A stretch of 57,324 nucleotides of DNA from an uncultured Nitratiruptor sp. (GCA_913056105.1 CAJXMB010000001.1:1-57324); one strand, 5' to 3'; positions 11,434 to 20,863 are shown, numbered from the stretch's first letter. Notes: generated from the sequence alone by a model not told the origin. A program made the numbers and translations.

Positions 11434-11475
11434 CCTATATCCTAAATCCTAACTCCTAATCCCTAATCCCAATAC
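11434..11475. repeat. Degenerate heptamer tandem repeat (CCTAAYY-like, 6 units)
   Basis: cctatat cctaaat cctaact cctaatc cctaatc ccaatac. Confidence 0.75.
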
Positions 11476-11521
11476 CATATAATTATAACATAAAATATGA
11501 ACTAATCTTTCAAAGAACAAT

Positions 11522-12454
11522 TTAATATCTCCATGCTATTTTAAATTCACCCCATCTTTTAAATTGATTAGATGAAAAAGTGTTATGAATGTTGATTGAT
11601 TTTATTGCAAATGTAAATTGTACTTTTTTATAATAGATATTAAAAGATATTTGATCTCCTAAAATATAATCTATATTTGGTAAATTATATCCTTGATTAA
11701 TAGCTTGATCTACAATATAATAGTTAAATACTCTATTTGCAAAAATTCCAAAATCAATTGAGTAGTTAAAAGATTTTATCTCTTTAAAATTTAGCAGATT
11801 ACTCTCATCTGCACCTATGAAATTTTCTGTTGTGCAAAAACTATTTGCAAAATCTGTTCCAAATCTAATGGTTGATGAAGCAAAGAGTCCGCTATAAAAT
11901 CTTCCTAAATCACCTCTTACATAGTTTGTCCAGTCAAATTTAAAGCGACCAATATTAGTATTGAAACTCTTTTTACCAAAACCATAAGATATACCATACA
12001 TTGCTCTGTTGCCAAGCTGTGTATCCCAACCTTTGGGTTTGCTATGTCCTGTAAGTAGATGAAAATTTGATTGTAGCTCTTTTGCACCAGTAATTGGTCC
12101 AACTACTCCTATATTAATCCCAAATTCATGAAAATAGTTATTTGTTGATTTATATAAAAGGAGATTTAGTTTTGCATAACCAGCATATGGAATATCATTT
12201 AATATAGGAGTAGATTTTGTTTTATCTTTTGGTGTAAAGATAAGATGAGAAAAAGAGATAGCATTGTTAGTTTTTAAATCATTTAAAAAATTAAAATTAT
12301 ATGAGCTATTTTTATCTCTCATCCAAACAAAAAAAAGACCATTTGTGTAGTGGCTATCCTCTTTACTTATTATACCATCGTTATCTATAGCAAAAGAGTA
12401 TGTATCTGCATAAATACAAATAGTGCTTAATATGATTAAAAAGATTTTTTTCAT
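11522..12454 (-). CDS. Lipid A 3'-O-deacylase LpxR / DUF2219 family outer-membrane protein
   Basis: Signal peptide; DND..D.HYTNG, IFTP, D.PYAG, GWDTQL motifs; C-terminal aromatic beta-strand. Confidence 0.8.
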   Translation of the reverse strand: MKKIFLIILSTICIYADTYSFAIDNDGIISKEDSHYTNGLFFVWMRDKNSSYNFNFLNDLKTNNAISFSHLIFTPKDKTKSTPILNDIPYAGYAKLNLLLYKSTNNYFHEFGINIGVVGPITGAKELQSNFHLLTGHSKPKGWDTQLGNRAMYGISYGFGKKSFNTNIGRFKFDWTNYVRGDLGRFYSGLFASSTIRFGTDFANSFCTTENFIGADESNLLNFKEIKSFNYSIDFGIFANRVFNYYIVDQAINQGYNLPNIDYILGDQISFNIYYKKVQFTFAIKSINIHNTFSSNQFKRWGEFKIAWRY

Positions 12455-12578
12455 ATAAACTCCTAAAAAATAAATATAATGATACTATTTAAAGATTAAA
12501 AAATTATGAATTATAATTAATAGAAGATTAAGCAGCATATTTATCAAAAGAAGAAGTTCAAAAGTGTAATAAAAAGAG

Positions 12579-12608
12579 AGTTGAGAGAAGCTTGACTTCT
12601 CTTCAACT
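12579..12608 (-). terminator. Probable terminator after yfdX-like gene
   Basis: AGTTGAGAGAAG/CTTCTCTTCAACT stem with one bulge; T-run follows on the minus strand. Confidence 0.6.
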
Positions 12609-13590
12609 ATTTACTCTTTTCTCTATTTTCTGATTCAAGTTTTTTAATAAGTGATTTGAAATCTTTTTTTATCTTTTCATACAATTTAGCTACAAAATTT
12701 TTGCCTTTTATCTCTTTTTCAATATTTTTAATCTCTTTTTGAAGTTTTTTATATTCAGATGAATGTTTTTTTGTATAACCTAAATATATGGCTTTATTGA
12801 GTTCATCTTCCGCTTTAGAAAGAAGCTTTAGTGCTTTTTCTTTATCTTTTTTATTAAGTTTTGAAGCTTCAACAACTAAGCTTTGAGCTGTAATTAGTGG
12901 TAAAGGCATAATAACTGTTTTTGTAACTATTGTATTTAATGCTGATATTATTGTAGAAGTTGCTTCTTTGGTTTTACCAAGATTTAGTTGTTTTAGAGCA
13001 ACTTTTGTAGCATCTGCAAAAAGTCCAATAGGAAGATATTCAGTTATCATATCCATTTCATCTTCTAAAGGTAGAAGTATCGCTCTTGCTGCTTGAGTAT
13101 CATAATCATCAAGTAAAACTTTTGAAGAATCTACAAGATGTTTTACCAATTTTGAATTACCAGGAAAGTGGTTTACTTCAACAATATCAGAAATAGGCAC
13201 TAATTTTAATTTTGGATTATTTTTTAATGTATCGTTAAAGAGTTTTAGTGCTTTACTAAGAGCCTTTTTTGCTCTATTTGTATCATCTTTTTGCAAGGCT
13301 TTTAGTGAATTAGCTAACTCTTGAAGAGCTTGAATTACCTCTTTTGGCGTTTTTTCTAACGACTCTTTATGCTTTGCAGTCTCTTGACTTATAGCATTTT
13401 GCAATCTTTGTAAGCTTTGTTTGTTAGATTCAGTTACAGATTGACTGTTTTGTATTTGCTCTTTTGTGGTAGATAAACTTTTAAGAACACTTTGAGCTTT
13501 TGAACTATCAGCTCCATTGCTACTTGCATATAGACATGATGATGCAAATAGTGCACCTGCTAATGCTATTGATACCAAACTTCTTCTCAT
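12607..13590 (-). CDS. YfdX family periplasmic helical protein
   Basis: Signal peptide; helical; 'ARAILLPLEDEM', 'YLPIGLF', 'MPLPLITAQ', 'AIYLGY' resemble YfdX proteins. Confidence 0.7.
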   Translation of the reverse strand: MRRSLVSIALAGALFASSCLYASSNGADSSKAQSVLKSLSTTKEQIQNSQSVTESNKQSLQRLQNAISQETAKHKESLEKTPKEVIQALQELANSLKALQKDDTNRAKKALSKALKLFNDTLKNNPKLKLVPISDIVEVNHFPGNSKLVKHLVDSSKVLLDDYDTQAARAILLPLEDEMDMITEYLPIGLFADATKVALKQLNLGKTKEATSTIISALNTIVTKTVIMPLPLITAQSLVVEASKLNKKDKEKALKLLSKAEDELNKAIYLGYTKKHSSEYKKLQKEIKNIEKEIKGKNFVAKLYEKIKKDFKSLIKKLESENREKSK

Positions 13591-13625
13591 GATTTACTCC
13601 TTTCGTATAAATTTTATTGAGCGTA

Positions 13626-13655
13626 ATTATATCAAGTAATATGAAATAAAGTCAA
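13626..13655 (-). promoter_or_regulatory. Probable sigma70 promoter of yfdX-like gene
   Basis: Minus strand TTGACT-N18-TATAAT with extended -10 (TGATATAAT). Confidence 0.55.
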
Positions 13656-13747
13656 GAAGAAAAAATCTATTTAAATTGATTCTAACTTAAATGATGTATA
13701 ATAATAAAGATTTTAGAGGTGCACTTAATTAAAACAAAAGGCTAATT

Positions 13748-14749
13748 ATGGCTCTTAGACTTATAGAAATAATTGCGTCAAAATCCAAAAAAGATAAGAT
13801 TCAAGCTTTAAAAGATCAACCCAATATTATAGATGCATGGCAAGAAGAAAATACAGTTTCAAATTTTGTTTTTAAAATTTTAGTTAAAGCTGAAGATTCT
13901 GAATATTTATTAGATAAAATTTCAAGATTTTTTAGAAAAGATGAAAAATATCGCATTATAGTTCACAATATTGATGCTACTTTGCCTTTAGTAAAAGCTC
14001 CCGCTAAAGAGTCAATAAAAAAGAGTATTGGTAAACTTTCTATTAGCAGAGAAGAGTTATATACTCAAGTTGTAAATATGGCACAATTAAACTATATATA
14101 TCTTTTGATGGTTGGACTTGCTGCAGTTATAGCATCTTTTGGTTTTATAGAGGATAACTGGGTAGTTATTATAGGTTCGATGGTTGTTGCACCACTTATT
14201 GCTCCCAATATAGCTTTCTCTTTAGGTGTGGTTCTTGGTGATAAAAGATTGGCTATAGAAGGTATGTTAACTATGTTAGCTGGTGTAATTTTGGTTTTAA
14301 TGGTCTCTTTAATACTTGGAATCATATCTCCAAGTAATATTTTTTCAAAATCTATCATAAATACACTGACACCAAACTATTATGATATTGTTATCTCTTT
14401 GGCATCTGGAATTGTAGCAGTATTAGCTTTTACTTCTGGAATGGCATTTGCACTTATTGGAGTAATGGTTTCTATCTCGCTTTTGCCTCCTTTAGTTGCT
14501 GCAGGTTTACTGCTTGCAAATGGAGAATTTGTACTGTTTTTAAATACCATGATACTTTTTTTAGTGAATTTTGTTGCATTGAATCTTTCTGGAGTTATAA
14601 CTTTTTGGTTCCAAGGTGTAAGACCTAAAAATTGGTGGGAAAAGAAAAAAGCAAAACATTATAGATTTTTAGCTATAAGTATGTGGCTCTTTTTGTTGAT
14701 AATTTTAATGATTATCCTATATTTTAAATATAAACACATTTTATTGTAA
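13748..14749 (+). CDS. TIGR00341/DUF389 family membrane protein
   Basis: MALRLIEI, ISREELY, VIIGSMVVAPL, GVMVSISLLPPL, C-terminal GVRPKNWWEKKKAK. Confidence 0.85.
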   Translation: MALRLIEIIASKSKKDKIQALKDQPNIIDAWQEENTVSNFVFKILVKAEDSEYLLDKISRFFRKDEKYRIIVHNIDATLPLVKAPAKESIKKSIGKLSISREELYTQVVNMAQLNYIYLLMVGLAAVIASFGFIEDNWVVIIGSMVVAPLIAPNIAFSLGVVLGDKRLAIEGMLTMLAGVILVLMVSLILGIISPSNIFSKSIINTLTPNYYDIVISLASGIVAVLAFTSGMAFALIGVMVSISLLPPLVAAGLLLANGEFVLFLNTMILFLVNFVALNLSGVITFWFQGVRPKNWWEKKKAKHYRFLAISMWLFLLIILMIILYFKYKHILL

Positions 14750-14791
14750 AATAGAATTTATATTAATAAAATCTATTAAGAAAAGGTTTAT

Positions 14792-15577
14792 ATGCATCTT
14801 ATTTATATAACTATTTTAATATTTTTTCCATTTTTTGCAAATGCTTTTTATGATACAAGTTATTATGAAAAATATGATCCAAATATAAAGTATATATCAA
14901 ATAGCAAACATAAAAATCTTTTCATCCAAGATGGCAGACTAAAAGCTGATGGAATTGTCTATAGATTAAAAAATGCTTCAGATATAAAGCTTGATAAAAA
15001 GACTCTTAAAAAGTTTGATTTAGAGAGTGTTGTTATTAAGATAGATGGTAACTATTATAAAGCTATGCCCTCATTTAAGAAGTTAAATTTTATAAAAAGA
15101 GGCAAAAAGGGGATTTTTAGATATACCTTAACAAAAAAGCTTATTCTTGTCTATATTCCTTATAGAGATAAGATACAAGTAATTGGAGTTATATCTCAAG
15201 GAGAGTTTATAAAAGAAAATACTCTAAAAGAGTATGACTTAGATGTAAAAAAAGAGATAAAAAAGAAGATTTTATCTAAAATCCTTAATCTTTTGGGATG
15301 CAGAAAAAATTGCAATATAAAGAGTGATAAAAGTGGCAATAACTATTTTTATAAAAATAATAAACTTATAGGTATATTAGAAAACTTTGGTAATCAAAAG
15401 ATACTTATACAAAAAAGCGGTAACAGCAAAAAACATATAGCTAATATTATAAAATATCAAGATAAAATTTTATTAGAAGATATAGATGGTAATATTCTTT
15501 ATGAGAGCGGTTTTAGTAAGATTTTAAAAATAAGATTAGATAGTTTAGGTTATGAGATTTTATTAAAGATAAGATAA
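14792..15577 (+). CDS. Hypothetical exported Lys-rich protein
   Basis: 261-aa ORF with SD AAGG and a signal peptide ending ANA. Confidence 0.6.
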   Translation: MHLIYITILIFFPFFANAFYDTSYYEKYDPNIKYISNSKHKNLFIQDGRLKADGIVYRLKNASDIKLDKKTLKKFDLESVVIKIDGNYYKAMPSFKKLNFIKRGKKGIFRYTLTKKLILVYIPYRDKIQVIGVISQGEFIKENTLKEYDLDVKKEIKKKILSKILNLLGCRKNCNIKSDKSGNNYFYKNNKLIGILENFGNQKILIQKSGNSKKHIANIIKYQDKILLEDIDGNILYESGFSKILKIRLDSLGYEILLKIR

Positions 15578-15672
15578 AAACTTCTTAAAATCTAAATATA
15601 ATTTTACACTAAATAAGATTTAAGTTAAATTTTAGTAAACTTACCCTTCAAAATTTAGACGTAGGAGAGAAG

Positions 15673-15807
15673 ATGAAAAGAACTTATCAACCACACAATA
15701 CAAGAAGAAAGAGAACTCATGGTTTTAGAGTAAGAATGAGAACTAAAAATGGTAGAAAAGTTATTAATGCAAGAAGAGCTAAAGGTAGAAAAAGATTGGC
15801 AGTATAA
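15673..15807 (+). CDS. rpmH: 50S ribosomal protein L34 (missing from ORF track)
   Basis: Translated by hand: [44 protein letters not shown]; SD AGGAG. Confidence 0.98.
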   Translation: MKRTYQPHNTRRKRTHGFRVRMRTKNGRKVINARRAKGRKRLAV

Positions 15808-15815
15808 AAGAGTTT

Positions 15816-16127
15816 TTGACTCTAAAATCTACAAAAGAGTTCAATAGTGTTTATAGAAGCGCAAAGAGTTTTCACACAAAATATTTTGTCATATTCTATA
15901 AACCAGACACTCTAAAAAGAGTTGGTTTTGTTGCAAGCAAAAAGATTGGTAATGCAGTTAAAAGAAATAGAGCCAAAAGAAGACTTCGGGCTCTATTTGT
16001 AAAATATTATGATGAAATAAAACCTGGAATCTATATATTTGTAGCAAAAAAAGATATAATTAATATCAATTTTGATAAATTAGAATTTAGTTTCAAAAGA
16101 GCATTGCAAAGAATTTATAAAAAATGA
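15816..16127 (+). CDS. rnpA: RNase P protein component
   Basis: SKKIGNAVKRNRAKRRLR (RNR motif); follows rpmH. Confidence 0.95.
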   Translation: MTLKSTKEFNSVYRSAKSFHTKYFVIFYKPDTLKRVGFVASKKIGNAVKRNRAKRRLRALFVKYYDEIKPGIYIFVAKKDIININFDKLEFSFKRALQRIYKK

Positions 16128-16450
16128 TTAGAAAAGTTTTACTAAATTTTTTGTATATTTATCAAAAGTTTTTTTCGGTAGTTTCACCTAAAAGCTGTAG
16201 ATATTATCCAACATGTTCAGAATATGCTAAATGGAGAATAGAGAATGAAAATATATTCAAATCCCTCATTTTTATACTTTTTAGAATCCTTAGATGCAAT
16301 CAACTTTTTAGAGGTGGCATAGAATATCCTGTGATTTATAAAAAAATTTCAAAGATAGATAGTGGAAAAATAGATATAAAATATTGGCTTGTGCCAAAAG
16401 ATAAAAATAGATTTTATTTGATTAAAAATTTTAGTAAATTAAAGGTGTAA
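16124..16450 (+). CDS. yidD: Membrane protein insertion efficiency factor
   Basis: CRYYPTCSEY, RILRCN. Confidence 0.93.
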   Translation: MIRKVLLNFLYIYQKFFSVVSPKSCRYYPTCSEYAKWRIENENIFKSLIFILFRILRCNQLFRGGIEYPVIYKKISKIDSGKIDIKYWLVPKDKNRFYLIKNFSKLKV

Positions 16451-16451
16451 A

Positions 16452-18029
16452 ATGTTTGAAAAATTAGACACTAACCAAAGAGTGGCTCTTGCTATAGTAA
16501 TCTCTCTTGTTATACTTTTAGCGTATGACTACTTTTTTACGCCAAAAGAGCAAAATGTACCAAATCAAAAGATTGAGCAGACAAAAGCAAAACCTACAAA
16601 GGCTCCAAAAGTTGAAGCAACAAATAGTACCCCTAAAGAAAAAGCTCCTAAACAAGACATAGTTAAAAGTAAAACTTTAGTTAAGATTGATTCTAAACAC
16701 TTTAAAATGTTTATAGATAATTTTGGAAGAATAAATCAAGTAATCTTAAAAGATAAAAGATTTATAGATGAAAAAGGAGAGTATCTAAAACTTTTTGATG
16801 ATTCAAAACTTCCTAAACCTTTAGAGATAAGATTTAGTAATGAAAATATAAATGAGAATGCTTTTAAAATCTCTTATAATACCGATAAAAAAGAGATAAA
16901 AATTAAAGATAAGCCAGTTACTTTAACTCTAACTCAAAACTTGCCACAATTGCAAGTAGTAAAAAAGATTACAATCTATCCAGATGGACACTATGATTTA
17001 AATATCAATCTCTCAAAAGATGAAAAATATTTTATATCTCCAGGATTTAGACCAAATGTCAGAGTAGATGGATACACATTTCATGGAGCTTTGATAAAAG
17101 AGGCTGATGATACTATAACTATGATTAAAGATGGTGATGCAAAAGATGGCGAAGTTTTTAAAAAGGCAAAGATTGCTTCAGCAGAGGATAGATATTACAC
17201 TACATTTTTATATGATTTAAAAAATGGCTTAGATGTTGTTGTATCAAAAGATGAAAAAGATAATCCTATCCTTTTTGTAGAAGGAGAGAAAAACTTTAAT
17301 ATAAATGGATATGTTGGTCCAAAAGATTATAGAATCTTAAAAAGCATAAATCCTGAACTTACAGATGTAATTGAGTATGGATTTTTTACTTTTATAGCTA
17401 AACCAATGTTTAAAATTCTTCTTTTAATCTATAATTTTGTAGGCAATTGGGGATGGGCTATAGTTATATTAACAATTTTAATAAGAATAGTTCTATTTCC
17501 TTTGACATTCAAAGGAATGATTTCAATGCAAAAATTAAAAGATTTATCTCCTAAGATTAAGGAGCTTCAGCAAAAATATAAAGATGATCCTCAAAAGTTA
17601 AATGCTCATATGATGCAGCTTTACAAGAAGCATGGCGCAAATCCTATGGGTGGATGTCTTCCTCTGCTTCTTCAAATCCCTGTTTTCTTTGCGATATATA
17701 GAGTTTTATTGAATGCTATAGAGTTAAAAGGCTCAGAATGGATTCTTTGGATAAATGATTTGAGTCAAAAAGATCCATATTTTATATTGCCAATTTTAAT
17801 GGGTATAACTATGTATATACATCAAAAAACAACACCTACAACTATAACTGATCCTATGCAACAAAAGATTTTTCAATATCTTCCTATAATATTTACATTC
17901 TTTTTTATAACATTTCCGGCAGGTCTAACTCTATACTGGTTTGTTAACAATATACTATCTATAATTCAGCAGCTAATAGTAAATAGAGCTTTTGAAAATA
18001 GAAAAGTTGCTTTAAAGGAAACAAAATGA
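16452..18029 (+). CDS. yidC: Membrane protein insertase YidC
   Basis: GNWGWAI, NPMGGCLPLLLQIP, PAGLTLYW. Confidence 0.97.
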   Translation: MFEKLDTNQRVALAIVISLVILLAYDYFFTPKEQNVPNQKIEQTKAKPTKAPKVEATNSTPKEKAPKQDIVKSKTLVKIDSKHFKMFIDNFGRINQVILKDKRFIDEKGEYLKLFDDSKLPKPLEIRFSNENINENAFKISYNTDKKEIKIKDKPVTLTLTQNLPQLQVVKKITIYPDGHYDLNINLSKDEKYFISPGFRPNVRVDGYTFHGALIKEADDTITMIKDGDAKDGEVFKKAKIASAEDRYYTTFLYDLKNGLDVVVSKDEKDNPILFVEGEKNFNINGYVGPKDYRILKSINPELTDVIEYGFFTFIAKPMFKILLLIYNFVGNWGWAIVILTILIRIVLFPLTFKGMISMQKLKDLSPKIKELQQKYKDDPQKLNAHMMQLYKKHGANPMGGCLPLLLQIPVFFAIYRVLLNAIELKGSEWILWINDLSQKDPYFILPILMGITMYIHQKTTPTTITDPMQQKIFQYLPIIFTFFFITFPAGLTLYWFVNNILSIIQQLIVNRAFENRKVALKETK

Positions 18030-18784
18030 GCATCAAGATTGAAGCAGAAACTTTAGAAGAGGCTTATCAAAAAGCTTCAAAAGAGTTAAACTGCTCTATT
18101 ACAGATTTGGATATAAAAATTGTTCAATCTCCAACAAAGGGTTTTTTAGGTATTGGTAAAAAAAATGCGATTATTTTAGCTTCTTGCAAAAAAGAGGAGC
18201 AAAAAGAAGATAAAGCTTTAAAAGTTGAATCAAAAGAAGAGATAAAAAGAAAAATAGAGCTTCCAAAAGTAGAAAATGAGTTTGAAGATTTTTTTAAAGA
18301 GAAAAAAGATATTGATGAGATTGCAAAAGAGGTTGAAGAAGAGATAAATGAACTATTTAGTTACTCATGTTTTGATATTGAGCATATAAATGTAAAACCT
18401 TATGATGAAAAAACTCTCTATATTGAGTTTAATGGCAAAGATGCAGCTTTGCTTATAGGAAAAGAGGGGTATAGATACAAAGCTCTTTCATATATGCTAT
18501 TTAATTGGATAAACCCAAAATACAATCTTCAAATTAGATTAGAAATTGCCGAGTTTCTTAAAACTCAAGAGGAATCTGTGAAAAACTACTTAAAACCTCT
18601 TATAGAAAAAATCAAAAAAGAGGGTAGAGGAAAAACTAAGTCTTTAGATGGTATTTTGGCTCAAATAGCATTAAAAGAGTTAAGAAAAGAGTTTCCAGAT
18701 ATGTATGTTGCTATAAAAAGTGATAGAGAGGGAAATAGATATATCATAGTAAATAGATTTTATACAAAAAATGAACAGCAGTGA
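18026..18784 (+). CDS. jag: Jag/KhpB (EloR) RNA-binding protein
   Basis: Jag N-terminal GFLGIGKK; KH motif LLIGKEG; between yidC and mnmE. Confidence 0.88.
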   Translation: MSIKIEAETLEEAYQKASKELNCSITDLDIKIVQSPTKGFLGIGKKNAIILASCKKEEQKEDKALKVESKEEIKRKIELPKVENEFEDFFKEKKDIDEIAKEVEEEINELFSYSCFDIEHINVKPYDEKTLYIEFNGKDAALLIGKEGYRYKALSYMLFNWINPKYNLQIRLEIAEFLKTQEESVKNYLKPLIEKIKKEGRGKTKSLDGILAQIALKELRKEFPDMYVAIKSDREGNRYIIVNRFYTKNEQQ

Positions 18785-20120
18785 TACAATCACAGCCATT
18801 GCTACATCTCATGGCATTGGCTCTATAGCAATCGTTAGAATTAGTGGGAAAAAATCTTTAGATATAGCTAAAAAGATCTCTAAAAAAATCTCTTTTGTTC
18901 CAAGAGTAGCTACTCTTTCATCTTTATATAATGATAAAGATGAGCTAATTGATAAAGCTTTGGTCATCTATTTTAAATCTCCAAACTCTTTTACAGGTGA
19001 AGATATAGTTGAATTTCAATGTCATGGTGGAATTGTTGTTGCAAATAGGGTTTTAGATACTGTTGTAAAATATGGAGCAAGACTTGCAAATCCAGGAGAG
19101 TTTAGCAAGAGAGCATTTTTAAATAAAAAGTTAGATTTAACAGAAGCAGAAGCTATTGCCAAACTCATTGAGGCAAGAAGTGAAGATGCAGCAAAAATTC
19201 TTGCAAAGCAGTTAAAAGGGGAGTTAAAAGAGTATATTGAAGATATTAGAGAGTCCTTAATTAGAATTTTAGCTTTCATTGAAGTAAATATAGATTATGC
19301 TGAAGAGGATTTACCAAAAGATTTAGAAGAGTCTATGAAAAATCAGTTAATTGATATTAAAAATAGATTAAAAAATATGTTAAATTCAAGCATTAGAAGA
19401 GCAGGATTAATTGAGGGTTTTAAAATCTCTATCATTGGAAAACCAAATAGTGGAAAAAGCTCCCTTTTAAATAGACTTTTATCTTATGAAAGAGCAATAG
19501 TTAGTGATATTGCTGGAACTACAAGAGATACAATTGAAGAGAGTGTAAAAATTGGCACACACTTAGTTAGAATAGTTGATACAGCAGGAATCAGAGAAGC
19601 AAAAGATGAGATTGAAAAGATTGGTATAAAAAGAAGTATCAAAGCTATAGAAGATAGCGATATAGTAATTGCTATGTTTGATGGCTCAAGAGAGTTTGAT
19701 AAAGAGGATGAAAAGATTTTAGAATTAATTAATAGATACAGAGAAAAAAAAGATTTTATTGTTGTTTTAAATAAAATTGATTTAGGAATAAAAGCTGATA
19801 TTAAAAAAATAAAAAATCTAAATCCAATCAAACTGAGTGTTAAAAAAGATATATCAATACTGATTGATAGATTACAAAATCTTTTAGATAGCTATGCAAC
19901 TGAAGATGAGATTTTACTGATATCAAAAAGACAAATAAATTCAGTTGAAAATGCTCTAAAAAATATCAAAGAAGCATTTACGCCACTTCAAATGGGAGAG
20001 TTAGAGATTTTTGCTTTTCATATAAATGAAGCTATAAGAGAAATAGCCTCCATCACAAGACCTATGCAAAGCAGTGAGCTTTTAGATAAAATGTTTGGTG
20101 AGTTTTGCTTAGGAAAGTAA
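18771..20120 (+). CDS. mnmE: tRNA modification GTPase
   Basis: GKPNSGKSS, AGTTRD, DTAG, NKID, C-terminal FCLGK. Confidence 0.97.
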   Translation: MNSSDTITAIATSHGIGSIAIVRISGKKSLDIAKKISKKISFVPRVATLSSLYNDKDELIDKALVIYFKSPNSFTGEDIVEFQCHGGIVVANRVLDTVVKYGARLANPGEFSKRAFLNKKLDLTEAEAIAKLIEARSEDAAKILAKQLKGELKEYIEDIRESLIRILAFIEVNIDYAEEDLPKDLEESMKNQLIDIKNRLKNMLNSSIRRAGLIEGFKISIIGKPNSGKSSLLNRLLSYERAIVSDIAGTTRDTIEESVKIGTHLVRIVDTAGIREAKDEIEKIGIKRSIKAIEDSDIVIAMFDGSREFDKEDEKILELINRYREKKDFIVVLNKIDLGIKADIKKIKNLNPIKLSVKKDISILIDRLQNLLDSYATEDEILLISKRQINSVENALKNIKEAFTPLQMGELEIFAFHINEAIREIASITRPMQSSELLDKMFGEFCLGK

Positions 20121-20521
20121 TGGAAAAAATTGCAGCTTTAGATATAGGACTCAAAAGAATTGGTGTTGCTTTGTCTTTAGATGGTAAGATTGCTCTGCCT
20201 CAAAATCCAATAATTAGAATCAATAGAAATCAAGCTGCAAAAGAGGTAAAAAAGTTTTTAGATGACTGGAATATAGATATATTAGTAGCTGGTATTCCAA
20301 TTGGTGGAAGTAGTGAAGAGGAGATGAAAAAAAGGGTTAGTCATTTTGTAAATCTTTTGGATTTCAAAGGCAAAATCTATTTTATAGATGAGAGTTTTAG
20401 CTCATATGAAGCAAAAGAGATAACCAAAGGAAAGATGAGACAAAAAAGAGACGGCAAACTTGACTCAATCGCTGCAGCTTTAATTTTGGAAAGATTTTTA
20501 GAGAGTAGGAAATGCAAATAG
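20120..20521 (+). CDS. ruvX: YqgF/RuvX pre-16S rRNA nuclease
   Basis: ALDIGLKRIGVA, DESFSS, DSIAAALIL; start set at ATG20120 overlapping the mnmE stop. Confidence 0.92.
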   Translation: MEKIAALDIGLKRIGVALSLDGKIALPQNPIIRINRNQAAKEVKKFLDDWNIDILVAGIPIGGSSEEEMKKRVSHFVNLLDFKGKIYFIDESFSSYEAKEITKGKMRQKRDGKLDSIAAALILERFLESRKCK

Positions 20522-20709
20522 AAAAAAAACTACTAAAAATCTCTATTGATGATAGGCCTTGCTATTGTAATATTGTCTTTGCCTGTTTAGCATATAAAGT
20601 TTTAAAGCTAACTCGCATAAAAAAACCACCAATTTGTAAATGTAGAAAAACAAAAAGTGGCATTGCTCCTCCGATTTGGATTTTGGAATATAAATCAATT
20701 TTAGCATAA
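20512..20709 (+). CDS. Small Cys-rich hypothetical protein
   Basis: ATG with SD AGGA overlapping the ruvX end; CYC, C and CKC motifs. Confidence 0.5.
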   Translation: MQIEKKLLKISIDDRPCYCNIVFACLAYKVLKLTRIKKPPICKCRKTKSGIAPPIWILEYKSILA

Positions 20710-20741
20710 AATATTGCACTTTAAGTTGCCGACTATTATTA

Positions 20742-20759
20742 ATGATGAAGATGATGTAA
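20742..20759 (+). promoter_or_regulatory. Candidate Met-rich leader micro-ORF MMKMM* upstream of metE
   Basis: ATG ATG AAG ATG ATG TAA; complementary to TTTCATTATT at 20775-20784 and 20803-20812. Confidence 0.4.
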
Positions 20760-20785
20760 TTAAAATGATCTGTTTTTCATTATTC

Positions 20786-20824
20786 TCACCTCGATACGAT
20801 AATTTCATTATTTACTCGGTGAAC
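20786..20824 (-). repeat. REP-like hairpin, long variant of the 30-bp element
   Basis: Minus strand GTTCACCGAGT-AAATAAT-GAA-ATTATC-GTATCGAGGTGA versus GTTCCCGAGT-GC-GAA-GC-GTATCGAGGGA. Confidence 0.7.
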
Positions 20825-20863
20825 TTATGATTTTGAAATAATATATATAATTAAGGAGAAAAT

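Noticed and set aside
15578-15672. oriC next to rpmH
   Set aside because: No dnaA is adjacent and I see no DnaA-box cluster; the rpmH operon is commonly unlinked from oriC in Campylobacterota.
20710-20863. SAM or cobalamin riboswitch, or T-box, upstream of metE
   Set aside because: I recognised no consensus elements, and the region is short and very AT-rich; an Rfam scan would be the definitive test.
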